A stretch of DNA of 64,000 bases from Elsinoe ampelina (lineage: Eukaryota). Of this stretch, positions 62,858 through 64,000 are shown piece by piece (within the stretch, counting starts at the first letter, position 1; the number at the start of each line of letters is the position of its first letter). The stretch covers positions 850,155-914,154 of the forward strand of contig ML992511.1 of the NCBI GenBank assembly GCA_010093995.1, in the 5' to 3' direction. Position numbers and translations under genes: made by a program. The notes under the pieces are model-generated. The model was given only the letters and a program-made list of their open reading frames with translations. It was not told the origin of the DNA and ran no database searches.

Positions 62858-64000
62858 ATGCCAATTAGAGCTCCAGAAACTTCGCCGATATCTAGCTTAA
62901 ATAGGCAATTAAGATCTCTATAGCTTTGCTCGACAGCTTTAACTCCTCTAGCCTAAACACTAAATTATGCCCCCCTCTAGAACTACTAACACACGCTGTA
63001 AAAAGGCAATTTAAGCTACAATTAATAAGTACTATACTAGTGAATACCCTCTAAGCTTTAAAGAGCTTGCCTAGCGCTATCTAGGTGTTACTATAATAAC
63101 TCTATTATACTATATTTAGGGCCTTTATAATTCTTAGTTAGAAGGAGCTATACTATAGTAATAACTTACTCCTATATAAGAGAGCGCTCTAGTTAGCTAC
63201 ATCGAGTATCTAATTAATAGCGGATATTCTCCTAACTATAGTGTAATTAGTAAGCTTACTAATTAAATTATCTAGTATAACTAGATTAATAACCCCTCTC
63301 TCCCTTAATAGTCTTAGCCTTAGCCTATTAGTAAAAACTAGCCTTATAAGTTTCTTAAATAGCATCTAGAACTCTCTCTTAAGTATATCTATATACTAGA
63401 TAGTAAAAGGGCAAATAAGAACTAAGATCTAGCTTTAATTACCTTATAGTTTAAGACGCTAAAGACTATAATTAAGCGCTATAATATTAACTCTTATAAC
63501 ATCTATAACATAGACAAGACTAGCTATATAATAGGTTAAATAGGAGTAGTATAGTTAGTAATTAAGAGAGATATATAGATAGTAGTTTATTATTAACCTA
63601 GTAATCGAATATAGGCTATAACGATTAAAACACTTAGTAATACTAGCTATTAGATCCCTCTATATATTATTCTTAAGGGCGCTAATATTAACGTTAATTA
63701 GGGCTACTAGCTTGCTTAACTCTTACTATAAGATAGTATATAAAAAGGTAAGATTATAGTCTTAAGTAATAGCTAGTTAGATAAGAATTATATAGTTAAG
63801 TAGCTCTACCTATTTTGCTACTATACTTGACCTTACTATCTAAACTTAACTAAGAAGGTAAAAGAGAAAGATCTCTAGCACTATAAAAGGCTACTTATAA
63901 TAGATAGCTATAGCACTTATAAGTCGCTCTCCTTCTTATTAATTACTCGTAGTAAAGGAGTTATTCTTCTTATACTACCTTTATACTTAATATACCTCCT
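62858..64000 (+). mobile_element. pogo/Fot1-type (Tc1/mariner) transposase, RIP-inactivated, truncated by window end
   Basis: ATG 62858; HTH ..ELAQRYPGVTVTTLSRR; de-RIP DDE motifs NIYNMDETG (~63498), IPPYIILKG, SSNGWSD, RLLIMDGHGTH (~63888), LPSHSTHLL at the edge. Confidence 0.9.

Noticed and set aside
47583..62868. Numerous overlapping, antisense and intergenic ORF-track entries (e.g. 48358-48921, 50699-51199, 51335-52009, 57681-58799, 60324-61106)
   Set aside because: Shadow frames of GC-rich genes, translations of the repeat arrays, or short ORFs without domain, splice or codon support.

Overview
Fungal genomic DNA, probably a Dothideomycete of the Mycosphaerellaceae type (inferred from gene style and TE content). 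About 1-47.5 kb is an AT-rich block degraded by RIP (C>T/G>A, TpA-rich). It is a stack of nested transposons whose proteins can be read by mentally reversing RIP. It contains: (1) the 3' half of a Ty1/copia element; (2) a large multi-gene region built around a Plavaka-family transposase, with two SNF2-like helicase paralogues in a ~7.3-7.4 kb internal duplication and two BTB-like ORFs; (3) a hAT DNA transposon that splits the Plavaka gene and carries a divergent histone H3-like gene plus a 10-3-10 direct-repeat motif in most of its introns; (4) two full-length 7024-bp copies of one chromodomain Ty3/gypsy element in opposite orientation, each with an antisense Cys-rich/coiled-coil ORF. About 47.6-62.8 kb is a GC-balanced gene island: a DUF2236/MpaB-like oxygenase, a hyaluronan-synthase-like GT2, a RasGEF with an N-terminal GTPase-like domain, an SDR, a probable unannotated 60-aa spliced gene, and two inverted clusters of a 27-bp repeat. 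A RIP-degraded pogo/Fot1 transposase runs off the right end. All de-RIP translations are my manual inference, and coordinates of RIP pseudogenes are approximate.
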